Assembly (NCBI GenBank): GCA_964637145.1
Contig: CAZWUN010000005.1
Coordinates: 1 to 51,289 of the forward strand
DNA: 51,289 nucleotides
Source: an uncultured Burkholderiales bacterium
Lineage (GTDB): Bacteria; Vulcanimicrobiota; Xenobia; Xenobiales; QWHO01
Direction of reading: 5' to 3'
Both the position numbers and the translations under genes were made by a program. Shown here in pieces: positions 8,618 to 17,723 of the stretch (positions are counted from its first letter, which is position 1; each line of letters starts with the position of its first letter). Under the pieces are notes generated by a model. That model was not told the DNA's origin, did not search any database, and worked only from the letters and a program-made list of their open reading frames with translations.

Positions 8618-10146
8618 AGCTCATCAGCTTCAGTCTGTGGGGTAGGCAGCCCCGCTATCTGGTTGGAGCGGTCGAGAACATTCGACTGGCTCGCAAATTC
8701 TACCCTGGCTGGGTCTGCCGCTTCTATTGCTCTGCCGACGTGCCGATCGCTTTGCTTCTCGAGGAGGGGGCCGAGGTTCGTCGCGAGGTGGCCCTGGGAC
8801 CCTATCATGGGCTCTTTTGGCGCTTCTTTCCGGCCAGCGAGCCGGGTGTGAAGCGTTTTCTCGTTCGGGACGCTGATTCGCGGCTCTCACAGCGGGAGGC
8901 TCAGGCCGTCCAGGAATGGGAGGTTTCCGGGAAGCAGTTGCACGTTCTGCGAGACCATCCGTTGCACGACCGTCGGGACTCTCCCATCTTAGCCGGGATG
9001 TGGGGCGGTGTTGGGGGGCTCGTGCCTGACATGCGTGCAATGGTGCGGACCTGGGGGAGATTTGATCACAGGTTCTGTGACCAGGAATTCTTGGCTCGTC
9101 ACCTCTGGCCCCGATTCAAGCGGGAGTGCCTGCAGCACAACGGTTCGCCCTCCTCCTATTGGGGGGGAGGATTTGAGCTCCCTCCCGCCGAGCAGGATCA
9201 CATCGGATTCGCCGTGCTTGATCCCGAGCCCCTCGTAGACCATCCCACCACTACGGCACCCGAGCCGCCGTTCCTTACCCTGCTCGCGATTCCTAAGCCG
9301 TTTGAGGGTCACATCGGAGTGATTCAGGAGAACGCCTTGCAGAGCTGGACGCGTCTTTCCCCCCGCCCAGACATTGTGCTAATCGGTGACGAGCCTGGCA
9401 CCGCCGAGGCTGCCAAGCAATTCGGGGCTATCCACGTGCCCGAAGTGGCTCGTAACGAGTGGGGTACCCCTCTTTATCACGACGTGCTCATGAGGGGACA
9501 GCAAGCCGCCAGAACGGAGCTCGTCTGCCACGTCAACGCTGACATTCTGCTCCTGGACGACCTCTGCCAGGCGGCTCAGAAAGTCCGCTCCTACTTCAGC
9601 CGCTTTCTGATGCTTGGGAAACGGACTGACATCGAGCTTTCGCACCGGCTGGACTTCGATTCACCCGACTGGCGTAAGGAGGTGCACCGAGAGGTTGCCC
9701 GGGGCGACCCGGGCAGCGTTACCGGCGTGGAATTTTTCCTTTTTCCTCGCTGGCTACTGGTGGACCCGCCCGGCTTCGCGATCGGGCGTTTCTTTCACGA
9801 TAGTTGGCCGATCGTCACTTGCCGCGAGCGCGGCATTCCGGTCGTGGATGCCACGGAGGTTGTGACCGTGGCCCACCAGAAGCACGGCTACAGCCATGTA
9901 TCCGCCCCCAATAGAGACTTGCCTTACCTCGAGATCCTCCAACTTCCCGAGGACGGGGCCAATTTCAGGTTGTTGGGAGGGGAGGGTCGCCGATTCTCAA
10001 TCCGTCACTCGACCCATCGTCTAACCGCTCGGGGCCTTGTGAAGGGTTTCAGTCTGCCGTTTGCGATGTCGTGCTGGGCCAACCGGTGGAGGTGCTGGGA
10101 ACGGGAGCTCGAGAGACGGATCACCAGGATCTGGCGCGGACGGTAG
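8611..10146 (+). CDS. two-domain putative glycosyltransferase
   Basis: GTG start overlaps the stop of the upstream pseudogene (GTGGTGA). N-terminal half has SLWG...YPGW and a DxD-like VRDADSR plus ILAGMWGG. C-terminal half (IPKPFEGHIGVIQENALQSW..., NADILLLDD) resembles a second GT-A-like module. Family not named with certainty. Confidence 0.6.
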   Translation: MVKLISFSLWGRQPRYLVGAVENIRLARKFYPGWVCRFYCSADVPIALLLEEGAEVRREVALGPYHGLFWRFFPASEPGVKRFLVRDADSRLSQREAQAVQEWEVSGKQLHVLRDHPLHDRRDSPILAGMWGGVGGLVPDMRAMVRTWGRFDHRFCDQEFLARHLWPRFKRECLQHNGSPSSYWGGGFELPPAEQDHIGFAVLDPEPLVDHPTTTAPEPPFLTLLAIPKPFEGHIGVIQENALQSWTRLSPRPDIVLIGDEPGTAEAAKQFGAIHVPEVARNEWGTPLYHDVLMRGQQAARTELVCHVNADILLLDDLCQAAQKVRSYFSRFLMLGKRTDIELSHRLDFDSPDWRKEVHREVARGDPGSVTGVEFFLFPRWLLVDPPGFAIGRFFHDSWPIVTCRERGIPVVDATEVVTVAHQKHGYSHVSAPNRDLPYLEILQLPEDGANFRLLGGEGRRFSIRHSTHRLTARGLVKGFSLPFAMSCWANRWRCWERELERRITRIWRGR

Positions 10147-10208
10147 ACCTGCCCGGAATTCGGGCCTGCAGAGTGTAAGGCCAGAGGCCTTGCACTTCCA
10201 AATGAAAA

Positions 10209-10234
10209 GGGCCCTCCGCTCGAGCGGAGGGCCC
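10209..10234 (-). terminator. rho-independent terminator (perfect 26-nt palindrome), probably bidirectional
   Basis: GGGCCCTCCGC-TCGA-GCGGAGGGCCC forms an 11-bp stem. On the minus strand it is followed by TTTTCATTT, directly downstream of the minus-strand lipoprotein gene and between convergent genes. Confidence 0.65.
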
Positions 10235-10255
10235 GCGTGCGACGCAGTCCGATGA

Positions 10256-11884
10256 TCAGCGAACGCCGATCATCAGCGCCGTTGGGAACTGCGAGGCGGC
10301 GTTCGGTCGGCCGTCCACGATTCCGTGCATCACGGTGCGGTTGGGACAGAACTGACCGGAGGTCAGGTTGACCTGGACCATGCTGCCGGTCAGAGTACCG
10401 TCGGCGTTCACGCTGAAACTGCCTCCCACGACCGCGCCCATGACCTCGCGGACCAGCGGGAACGGGAAGATAGGGACAAAAGTATCGGCGTACAGTTTGG
10501 TAAACTGGAGGTTCGTGATGACCCCTCCCAAAAGGTCGACGTTGGTGATGTCCATATCGGCGAGCAGCGACCCGTCACCCCCACGCAGGCCCACGAAGCG
10601 GATCTGGTTGGGCAGGTCGTCGTTGCTGGACGTAGCCGTGGGCAGAGGGGCAGCGTAGAAGACGAATTGTTGGAAGCCCGCCACTGCCGGGGTGGCAACG
10701 GCCGTGAGCATGACACTGCCGTCCCCTGCCATGGTCCCCGTCAGGCTAAAGTCCGAGACGCCGGGGATATTGACCGTTCCCGTTACGTCACCGTTAGCGG
10801 CTACGTTGTATGTCCCCGTCGCCGAGTTGCCCAGCACGGTGCCCGTCAAATTTCCGGCTCCGTCGAAGAGGATGTCGGCCGCCTCGGCGCCCGAATTGGC
10901 AGTGAACCCGACCACGCCAGAGCCCGAGACTTTGAAGGGTCCGTTCAAGCTGGCGTTACTGAGGCCAGTTTGGGCCTTTTGCAGCTTGGCCATGCCCACC
11001 ATGTAGTCAAAAGTCGGGGTATTGGCGCCGATGAAGCTCGTGTAGACCGCGTCACCCGCTGGTGTGACCGTGACCCGGCCGTCCCAGTCGATCTCGGCAA
11101 TGCGGTCGGTGATCATGTCTGCGTGGAAGTTCCGAGCGGCATCGATGGTGTAGGTTCCGCCGGTGATGTTGTAGGTGGTGGTCAGGTAGGTGGCGGGCGG
11201 GCCGACCAGAGTGGCAAACGGGTTGGTCTTGACGATCTGGCCCCCGGTGATGTTGCCATTGCCGTCCAGGGTTACGTTGCCATCGATGACCCCGCCGCCA
11301 ACTGCGCCGCTGGCGCCGGTGATGCGATAACTGCCTACGGTAAGACCGTTGGTGCCGGTCAACTGGTCGAAGAAGTCAGGATCGTCGATGGCAAAGGTCT
11401 CATTGGCAACCAGTTGGACAAATTGGGTGAAGGTCCCAATCACCTCTGTGCCCTGGAGAAGTTGCACCACCAGGATGACGATGGTGGGATCGACGTCCTC
11501 GATTAGAATCTGAGCGGCCAGAGGCAGGTCGGCGGTTTGGAGCAACTGAGTGCCGCTGGCGTTGAAGCCGGTAACTCGAATCGCAGTGACGGTGTTGGGA
11601 ACCTGGCGGGGTTGGAGGTCGAGGTTGAGCTGGATGTCTGCCAGGTTGTTGGGGACGTTACCGCCCTGGGCGGCTCCTCCGGCGGCTGCTCCGCCGGCGT
11701 TTCCACCGGCTGCCGCCCCGCCGGCATTGCCCCCGGCGGCGGCACCGCCGTTGTTGCCACCGTTATCGAAGGTGAAGTCGCCCCCGGTACCCCCACCGTT
11801 GACGTCGGAGCCGCTGGTGCACCCGAAGACGATCAACGCAGTGAGGAAGACGAGGAGAACGGCAAGTTGTCTGATTTGAGCCAA
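10256..11884 (-). CDS. secreted lipoprotein with Gly/Ala/Asn tandem repeats, function unknown
   Basis: TTG start with GGGAGGG Shine-Dalgarno about 8 nt upstream. Signal peptide plus lipobox (LTALIVFGC). GGNAGGAAA is repeated three times after the lipobox. The remainder is a Gly/Thr/Asn-rich beta-type sequence. Confidence 0.75.
   Translation of the reverse strand: MAQIRQLAVLLVFLTALIVFGCTSGSDVNGGGTGGDFTFDNGGNNGGAAAGGNAGGAAAGGNAGGAAAGGAAQGGNVPNNLADIQLNLDLQPRQVPNTVTAIRVTGFNASGTQLLQTADLPLAAQILIEDVDPTIVILVVQLLQGTEVIGTFTQFVQLVANETFAIDDPDFFDQLTGTNGLTVGSYRITGASGAVGGGVIDGNVTLDGNGNITGGQIVKTNPFATLVGPPATYLTTTYNITGGTYTIDAARNFHADMITDRIAEIDWDGRVTVTPAGDAVYTSFIGANTPTFDYMVGMAKLQKAQTGLSNASLNGPFKVSGSGVVGFTANSGAEAADILFDGAGNLTGTVLGNSATGTYNVAANGDVTGTVNIPGVSDFSLTGTMAGDGSVMLTAVATPAVAGFQQFVFYAAPLPTATSSNDDLPNQIRFVGLRGGDGSLLADMDITNVDLLGGVITNLQFTKLYADTFVPIFPFPLVREVMGAVVGGSFSVNADGTLTGSMVQVNLTSGQFCPNRTVMHGIVDGRPNAASQFPTALMIGVR
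11660..11760. repeat. 27-bp (9-codon) in-frame tandem repeat inside the lipoprotein gene
   Basis: The DNA encodes AAAGGNAGG in three consecutive copies; boundaries are approximate. Confidence 0.6.
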
Positions 11885-11980
11885 AGTAGAATCCCTCCCT
11901 TACGGTAAAGCGCTGGAGCTTCGGAGAGTGGATGAAAATCCCCTGCAGGGGTCCATTCTGGCGCGACCGAAGCCCGCCCA

Positions 11981-12997
11981 ATGCCCTGGTTGTTCTTCAG
12001 TAAGCTCGGCAATCCGGCTATCGAAGAGTTGACCAGGGCCCTGCGGGGTCTGGGGCTCGCCGTCGAGGCCGTGCATCCAGGTCTGGCCCGGTCGCCCCTT
12101 TCGCGAGGGGTCCCGGTGCTGCCGGCCGGCCCTCGCTGGGTTGATCGGCTGCACGGGCCCCTGCTCGAGCGGCTGTGCCCCGAGGTGGTGGTCTACACGT
12201 ATCCTGAGCAGGCGCCGCTGGCTCGACGATTCCCTGGTGCCAGGAAAGTGTATTATGTGCAGGATGACTTTCGAGCCTACAACTATTCTCCTGGTCGATT
12301 GCGGGATTGGGAGGAGGAGCTCTTGCCCTGCATCGACCTCCTGGTTGTCGTTTCCGAGGCTCTGGCTGATTCGTATCGCGTGAGATACGGCTTTGGCGGG
12401 AAAATTCTGATGGCTCCACTCGCAGTCCCAGAACGTTTCTTGCCGCCCAGCCCTCCCCCGCGCCTCTCTCGAGGCGGAATCGTAGGAATTCTCGGCCGGA
12501 TTTCCAGCCGTTTGCGCCTGGGATGGCTGCGCCAAGTGGTGGAACGATTGGATTGGATTCGGCTCGAGCTGGTGGGAGACGTCGAGGCTTCCGAGTTGAT
12601 GCCTGAGGACCGCTACCACCTGCGTTACCTGAAGCAGAGCCCTCGCTGCCATTTTCTTGGTTGGAGGCCCTTTGACCAACTGTTCATCCAGGCTGCGCGG
12701 CTCGACCTGGCGCTCCTGCCCTACAGTACTCGGAGCGTAAATCCATCGGGGTCGGCCTATCGTTTTTTTGTGCATCTACCCTTTGGGGCTCCGATGCTGG
12801 CCACCCCGGGCGTGGCCCAACTCGAGGAACTGCAACCCCTGGTTCAGATCTGCCGGAGCAGCGAGGCGCTGGTGTCAAGACTGGATGAGCTGGCTGGACT
12901 GGGATTCGATGACGGTCTGCACGAGAAGCGTTGGGAGGCAGCCAGGGCCAACACCTGGAGTCACCGGGCCCGTGCCTTGCTGGAGGCCCTGCAGTGA
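11981..12997 (+). CDS. putative GT-B fold (GT4-like) glycosyltransferase
   Basis: The plus frame has G/C-rich third positions. Pattern VGILGRISSRLRLGW...LELVGD...FLGW...LDLALLPY...NPSGSAYRFFVHLPFGAPMLAT resembles the C-terminal half of GT4-type enzymes. The opposite-strand ORF 11900-12775 is Arg/Pro/Gly-rich shadow. Confidence 0.6.
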   Translation: MPWLFFSKLGNPAIEELTRALRGLGLAVEAVHPGLARSPLSRGVPVLPAGPRWVDRLHGPLLERLCPEVVVYTYPEQAPLARRFPGARKVYYVQDDFRAYNYSPGRLRDWEEELLPCIDLLVVVSEALADSYRVRYGFGGKILMAPLAVPERFLPPSPPPRLSRGGIVGILGRISSRLRLGWLRQVVERLDWIRLELVGDVEASELMPEDRYHLRYLKQSPRCHFLGWRPFDQLFIQAARLDLALLPYSTRSVNPSGSAYRFFVHLPFGAPMLATPGVAQLEELQPLVQICRSSEALVSRLDELAGLGFDDGLHEKRWEAARANTWSHRARALLEALQ

Positions 12998-13077
12998 AGA
13001 TCGTTCAGGTGTCCTTGCGATTTTCCGAGCCCGGGGAGTTTAAACGGGCTTCGTCTTGAGGGCTACGAGCCCGAGGT

Positions 13078-13899
13078 TCACGAGCGGATCGGAAGGTCGC
13101 CCCTGGATTTTGAGCCGCGCAGCCGCCAGGCCAGCACGTCCAGCGCGCGGTGCAAGCAGTAGAATGCCCGCACCAGCGGGTCGGCGGCCAGAGGGATGAG
13201 GTTGCTGACCTTATTGCGCGTGCGCAGGAAGGGCACGGGCCCGGCCGAGCTGATGTCGAGGGCGTCGCGGGTCAGGGTCACCAATCCGCGCTCCTGGGCA
13301 TCGTAGAGCAAGAGGCTCAGCAGGGCCTGCTCGAACTGGTGCACTGCCAGTCGGGCGCCCGGTGGGCTCTGGATGCGCGCATCCAGAGCCCAGTTTTTCC
13401 AACGCGCCGTCAGGGCTCGAACCCATTCGCGCCGGCCGTCGAAGGCGCAGACCCCGCTGGCCCGGGTGCGAAGGCGGGCCAGTTCGGGGTTCACTCCCGT
13501 GAGAGCCAGCGCCGTGGGAAGCACCCGGATGGGGCCGCCGCCTCCAAACGGGGTGTAGAGGCCTGTCCGCTCCAGTTCGTGCTCGATCCGGTCGAGCGGG
13601 CTCAGCACCACAGTGGCTGCGTCCAGCCACAGCACAGGCCCTCGGGTCTGGCTGACCAGGTCGGCCACGATGATGGGTTTCCAGGCGTAGGTGCCCCGTT
13701 CGAGCCGCACGTACGCCGGATAATGTCGGAAGGGAAAATTCCACAACTCGTGGCGTTTCTCGAGCCATTGGCGCTGGTCCGTTGTCAAGCCAAGATCATA
13801 GAGCACAAGAGGGTAGGAGCGGCCAAGCCGCTCCAGGCTGAGCAAGAACTGGCGAAGCGAGCGATAATAGACCCGGTCGGCCCCCGAGACGATCAGCAC
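13078..13899 (-). CDS. nucleotide-diphospho-sugar-transferase-like protein (family uncertain)
   Basis: GTG start overlaps the upstream stop by 7 nt. LIVSGADRVYYRSLRQFLLSL, YAWKPIIVADL and VLWLDAATVV resemble small GT-A-like / DUF1647-type transferases. It is the last gene of the minus-strand operon. Confidence 0.5.
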   Translation of the reverse strand: MLIVSGADRVYYRSLRQFLLSLERLGRSYPLVLYDLGLTTDQRQWLEKRHELWNFPFRHYPAYVRLERGTYAWKPIIVADLVSQTRGPVLWLDAATVVLSPLDRIEHELERTGLYTPFGGGGPIRVLPTALALTGVNPELARLRTRASGVCAFDGRREWVRALTARWKNWALDARIQSPPGARLAVHQFEQALLSLLLYDAQERGLVTLTRDALDISSAGPVPFLRTRNKVSNLIPLAADPLVRAFYCLHRALDVLAWRLRGSKSRGDLPIRS

Positions 13900-14561
13900 A
13901 GGCTGGGATGGAGGCGTTGAGCCCGGGCCAGCTGTTTAGCGTCGTCGATTTCGGCCCACAGCAGGTCCTGCACCAACGGGCAAGCGATGGGGTTGGAAGG
14001 AGCGCAGCCGACCAACCCGTCGCACTCATAGTGCTGGCCCGGCTGGCACAGAAGCTTTCCATAGAGCTCCTGGCTCACGCGCGAGATCCCCACCAGTTCG
14101 CCGGTCACGTTGCTCAATTGGTTCCGGTCTTTGGACATGGATACCAGCCAGCCGTCGCGCGACTCAACCCAGACTTCATCGCCCGCCCCGGTGGGGCCTG
14201 ACAGAAGCACCGCATCGGGATGAGGGTTCGCCAGCAAGACCTCGAGCGCTCGCACTTCGTAGATCAGATCCGACTCGAGCAGCAGGAAGTCGCTGGTCAA
14301 GAGCTCTCGCGCCGCCGCCAGGCTCTGCAGGCTGCCCGTTCTCGCATAGTCGGCATTGTGAACCAGGCGCACCCCCTCCAGCTCCTGGTAAAAGGAGGCA
14401 AGATGTCCCGTGACCACCACCACGTCGCTGATACCGACCGAGCGGAGTCGTTGCAATGATTCCGCCACGATAGGCCGCTCCCCCAGGCGCAAGAATCCCT
14501 TGGGGTGGGGGAGAGGGCCGAGTCGAGTTCCCTGTCCGGCAGCCAGGATGCAGGCCATCAT
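13893..14561 (-). CDS. LicC-like nucleotidyl (cytidylyl) transferase
   Basis: ACILAAGQGTRLGPL (GxGxR loop), VVVTGH, and LWAEIDDAKQL (WxEID motif of LicC/PntC-type enzymes). ATGA overlap with the upstream ABC gene. Confidence 0.8.
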   Translation of the reverse strand: MMACILAAGQGTRLGPLPHPKGFLRLGERPIVAESLQRLRSVGISDVVVVTGHLASFYQELEGVRLVHNADYARTGSLQSLAAARELLTSDFLLLESDLIYEVRALEVLLANPHPDAVLLSGPTGAGDEVWVESRDGWLVSMSKDRNQLSNVTGELVGISRVSQELYGKLLCQPGQHYECDGLVGCAPSNPIACPLVQDLLWAEIDDAKQLARAQRLHPSLC

Positions 14562-16345
14562 GGCAGTCGAGCCAGCTCCTGGAACTGAGGACTGGAGAGG
14601 AGCAGCTCCTGGTAGGTGCCTCGAGCTTCCACCTGGCCCTCGTTGAGCAGGTAGATCTGATCACAGGCCTGCACCGTCGAAAGTCGATGGGCGATGACCA
14701 GCAGTGTCTTGGAATGGGCCAGTTCGGCCAGGGCTTCCAGGAACCAGCGCTCGGTCTGGTTGTCAAGAGCGCTGGTGGCTTCGTCCAGGATCAACAGCTC
14801 GGGCTCGTGGTAGAGGGCGCGGGCGATGCCGATGCGCTGGCGCTCGCCCCCGCTCAGAGCCACTCCGCGCTCACCTACAAGCGTGTCGTAGCCTTCGGGA
14901 CGACTGGCGATGAAGCCGTGCAGGTGGGCTGCCCGTGCAGCCCGCTCGACGGCCTGCTCGTCGATCTCCTCGTCGGGCACCCCGAGAGCAATGTTGCGAC
15001 GAAGCGTATCGTCGGTCAGGTAGATTTCCTGGGGGACATAGCCGATGCTCTGGTGCCAGCGCGTGAGGTCCTGGGGGCTCAGCGGTTGCCCATCGATGAG
15101 CAAGCGGCCCTGTCCCGGCGTCAGCAGCCCGGCCACCAGGTCGGCCACGGTGGTCTTGCCCGAGCCGGTTCGCCCTACCAGCGCTACGGAGCTGTTGCGA
15201 GGGATCGTCAGCTCGAGCCCGCGCACGGCGGGTTCAGTCGCGCCCGGATAGGTGAATTCAACCCGGCGAAGTTCGATGGCTCGGTTGAAGGGCAGGGGGG
15301 GGCCGCCTTCGTCGGGCACCGGAGGCTCGGGGTCGGTCAGTTCCGAATAGATCTCTTCCACCAGGGGCAGCCGGAACTGCAGATCCACCAGGTCCTCGTA
15401 GAGGCACTGCAGACACGGCACGAGCCGCCAGGCGGCCATGACGTAGGCCCCAACCAGGGGCAGGGCGGCTCGACTTGTGTGGGTGATACACAGGTAGACG
15501 AGCACTGTCACGATGGCGGCCAGGGCCAGAATCTCTGTGCAGGGGCGGGAGATCTCGCCAAGCGTCAGTCGCTTCAAGCGCAGCTCGGTCTCACGGTCGA
15601 AGGCGCGTCGGTAGCTCTCCAGGAAGTGACGCCGGCGCGGCAACGCCTTGGCCTCGCGCAGGGCCGATAGGCTTTCCATCGCGATCCTGGTGCGCCGGTG
15701 GCCGGCCTCGTGGCACTCTTTTCCGAGACGTTCCATCTGTCGGTTGAAGAAGCTGTAGATGGCCACGAACAGCAAGCTCAAGGCCACGCCGGTGGTCAGA
15801 GCCACCCGATAGTCGAGCCACAGAAGCCCGGCACAGAGAAAGAGCGAGGTCATCGCCCGCATAGTCATGGTGGCCAGCGTGCGCACCACTCTGTGGACCA
15901 GGTCATCGACCTGGTGCAGCACGATTCGTGTCAGTCGGCTTGTGTTCTGGCCCAGGTGCCAAACGTGAGGGCGGTGCAGGTAACGGCGTAGCAGGCCGAG
16001 CGAGAGGTCGGAGCTGACCTCCGTGGTCAACCGATAGGTGAACCACCAGGTCAGCGTATTGACCAGAGTGGTCAGGGTGAACAGGAGTAAAAACAGGATG
16101 CCGAGCAGGGCAAAGAAGGCCTCGAAACTCGTGCATCCAGACCAGGCATAGAGGCGACTCAGGGTCGGGTTTTGCTGCACCAGGGCGGGATCGGCGGCCA
16201 CGGCCAGCAAGGGCACGAGGCCGGCTACTCCTGACAGCTCGGTAGCAGCGTTGACCAGGGTGCACAGGCAAAGAGCCAGGGCTTTGCGACGCGCGACAGG
16301 CGAAAGGAGGGCCCTTACCTTCCTGAATGCTACAAGCACAGCCAT
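14558..16345 (-). CDS. ABC exporter, fused permease and ATPase (MsbA/type I exporter-like)
   Basis: N-terminal six-TM region. Walker A GRTGSGKTT, signature LSGGERQRIGIARAL, Walker B LLILDEATSALD, H-loop AHRLST. Confidence 0.9.
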   Translation of the reverse strand: MAVLVAFRKVRALLSPVARRKALALCLCTLVNAATELSGVAGLVPLLAVAADPALVQQNPTLSRLYAWSGCTSFEAFFALLGILFLLLFTLTTLVNTLTWWFTYRLTTEVSSDLSLGLLRRYLHRPHVWHLGQNTSRLTRIVLHQVDDLVHRVVRTLATMTMRAMTSLFLCAGLLWLDYRVALTTGVALSLLFVAIYSFFNRQMERLGKECHEAGHRRTRIAMESLSALREAKALPRRRHFLESYRRAFDRETELRLKRLTLGEISRPCTEILALAAIVTVLVYLCITHTSRAALPLVGAYVMAAWRLVPCLQCLYEDLVDLQFRLPLVEEIYSELTDPEPPVPDEGGPPLPFNRAIELRRVEFTYPGATEPAVRGLELTIPRNSSVALVGRTGSGKTTVADLVAGLLTPGQGRLLIDGQPLSPQDLTRWHQSIGYVPQEIYLTDDTLRRNIALGVPDEEIDEQAVERAARAAHLHGFIASRPEGYDTLVGERGVALSGGERQRIGIARALYHEPELLILDEATSALDNQTERWFLEALAELAHSKTLLVIAHRLSTVQACDQIYLLNEGQVEARGTYQELLLSSPQFQELARLP

Positions 16346-16386
16346 GACCGCGCCGGGTTCGACGCGGGCCGTGCGATTCCGCCTCG

Positions 16387-16989
16387 TCAGGCTCGCTGGC
16401 GGACGAAGTAGCCGGTGGCCCGGTCGCGAACCGCGTCCGAGCCGAGGTAGCCATAGTGGTGCTCGAGAAGCTCACGGGGGCGGGCCGGTAGCCAGGTCTG
16501 CTGGCCCAGAAAGCTCGCGCTCTGGAGCGGGAAGACGTATTCGCAAGGAATCTTGGAGCGCTCGCCGGGAAAGGTTCCTCGCTCGAGGGGGAGGAGCCAG
16601 CCCTGCTCGGCTCGGTAGAAGTAGAGGTCCGCCTCCCATCCGTCCCACTCGATGTAGAGCTTGGGGCCGAGGTGTCGGGCGCTGGTATCGTGGAGCCGCC
16701 AGCCCGGAGGAAGGTGAGAGGCAGCGGCTTTCACGCGGTGATAGTCCGATTCGCAAAGCCCGAAGTCGACATCCACGTCGCCTCGAATGATCTGGCCTTC
16801 TCGATGATGGCCGAGTAAGGTGCCGAAGGCCAGCCAGTAGTCCACCCGGACCTCGCTCAGGAAAGCGTTGGTGGTGACGAAAAGCCGGTCCAACCGCCGG
16901 GCCACCACCTCGCGGTGTCTCGTTCCGAGTACAAGGGGGTTGTAGCGGACGTGGCGCCAGAGCAGCCTGGCGGTGCGAGGCAACTGCAT
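16387..16989 (-). CDS. LicD-family transferase (divergent second copy)
   Basis: YWLAFGTLLGHHREGQIIRGDVDVDFGL matches the LicD GTLLG...DxDxD core. The ATG overlaps the upstream stop (TAATG). Confidence 0.75.
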   Translation of the reverse strand: MQLPRTARLLWRHVRYNPLVLGTRHREVVARRLDRLFVTTNAFLSEVRVDYWLAFGTLLGHHREGQIIRGDVDVDFGLCESDYHRVKAAASHLPPGWRLHDTSARHLGPKLYIEWDGWEADLYFYRAEQGWLLPLERGTFPGERSKIPCEYVFPLQSASFLGQQTWLPARPRELLEHHYGYLGSDAVRDRATGYFVRQRA

Positions 16990-17723
16990 TATACCCGGTA
17001 GTGGTAGGTCTTGCCTGGCTCGCGTTCACAGTCCTGGGGATAGCTCTTGCGCTTGGCGGCGAAGTACTCCTCGCGCCGGTCCCCCTCGCGCCTCAGGCCG
17101 TAGGTGATGTAGAGGATTCGCCGGGCCTGGGTGCTGTCATTGGGTCCCGATCGGTGGGGCACGAACGAGTCGAAGAACGTGGTGTCGCCTGGTGCCGCTT
17201 CCAGGGATTGAAAGCGAAGCCCCAATTCTCCCAGGGGCTCGTGCATCGGACCGAGCAATCCTTCGCGGTGGCGGCCCGGGACGACTTCCAGGCACCCATT
17301 GTCCCGCGTGGCCCGGTCGATGGCCACCATGGCCGTCAGGTGGATGGAGCCCCAGGCGTCCCAGCCGGCCTGCACATCCTGGTGAGCCGCAAAGCCATCT
17401 CCGCCGGGCAGCTTGAAGTTCAGCTTGTCTTTGAACAAGACCATGTCTTCACCCATGAGCTGCTCTGCGGTTTGGCGCAGCACCCCCGCGCAGAGATCGT
17501 GCAGGCCGGAGTGATAGGGAAGAAAATTCTCGGCCCGGCAGAGCAGGCGTCGGTCGGGATCGGCTCGATGGGGTTCGTAATAGAGCATCCACTTGCCCGG
17601 GGTCTCGGGCCAGCTCTCCAAATCGCAGACCCATTCTCGCAGAGGCGCGGCGGGCAGAAAGCCCGGCAGGTGGAGGTAGCCGTCCTGTCGGTATCGCTCC
17701 ACTTGCTCAGGTGTCAGGTTCAC
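16989..17723 (-). CDS. PhyH-family Fe(II)/2-oxoglutarate dioxygenase
   Basis: YRQDGYLHLPGFL N-terminal motif. HxD in FAAHQDVQ and distal His in FVPHRSGPN. Start set at in-frame GTG 17723 (VNLTPEQ...), because the upstream codons of the ORF overlap the PAP2 gene in another frame. Confidence 0.8.
   Translation of the reverse strand: MNLTPEQVERYRQDGYLHLPGFLPAAPLREWVCDLESWPETPGKWMLYYEPHRADPDRRLLCRAENFLPYHSGLHDLCAGVLRQTAEQLMGEDMVLFKDKLNFKLPGGDGFAAHQDVQAGWDAWGSIHLTAMVAIDRATRDNGCLEVVPGRHREGLLGPMHEPLGELGLRFQSLEAAPGDTTFFDSFVPHRSGPNDSTQARRILYITYGLRREGDRREEYFAAKRKSYPQDCEREPGKTYHYRV

Noticed and set aside
11900-12775. 291-aa minus-strand ORF competing with the plus-strand 11981-12997 glycosyltransferase call.
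   Set aside because: The plus frame has the better third-position G/C bias and GT-B-like motifs. The minus translation is Arg/Pro/Gln-rich without structure.
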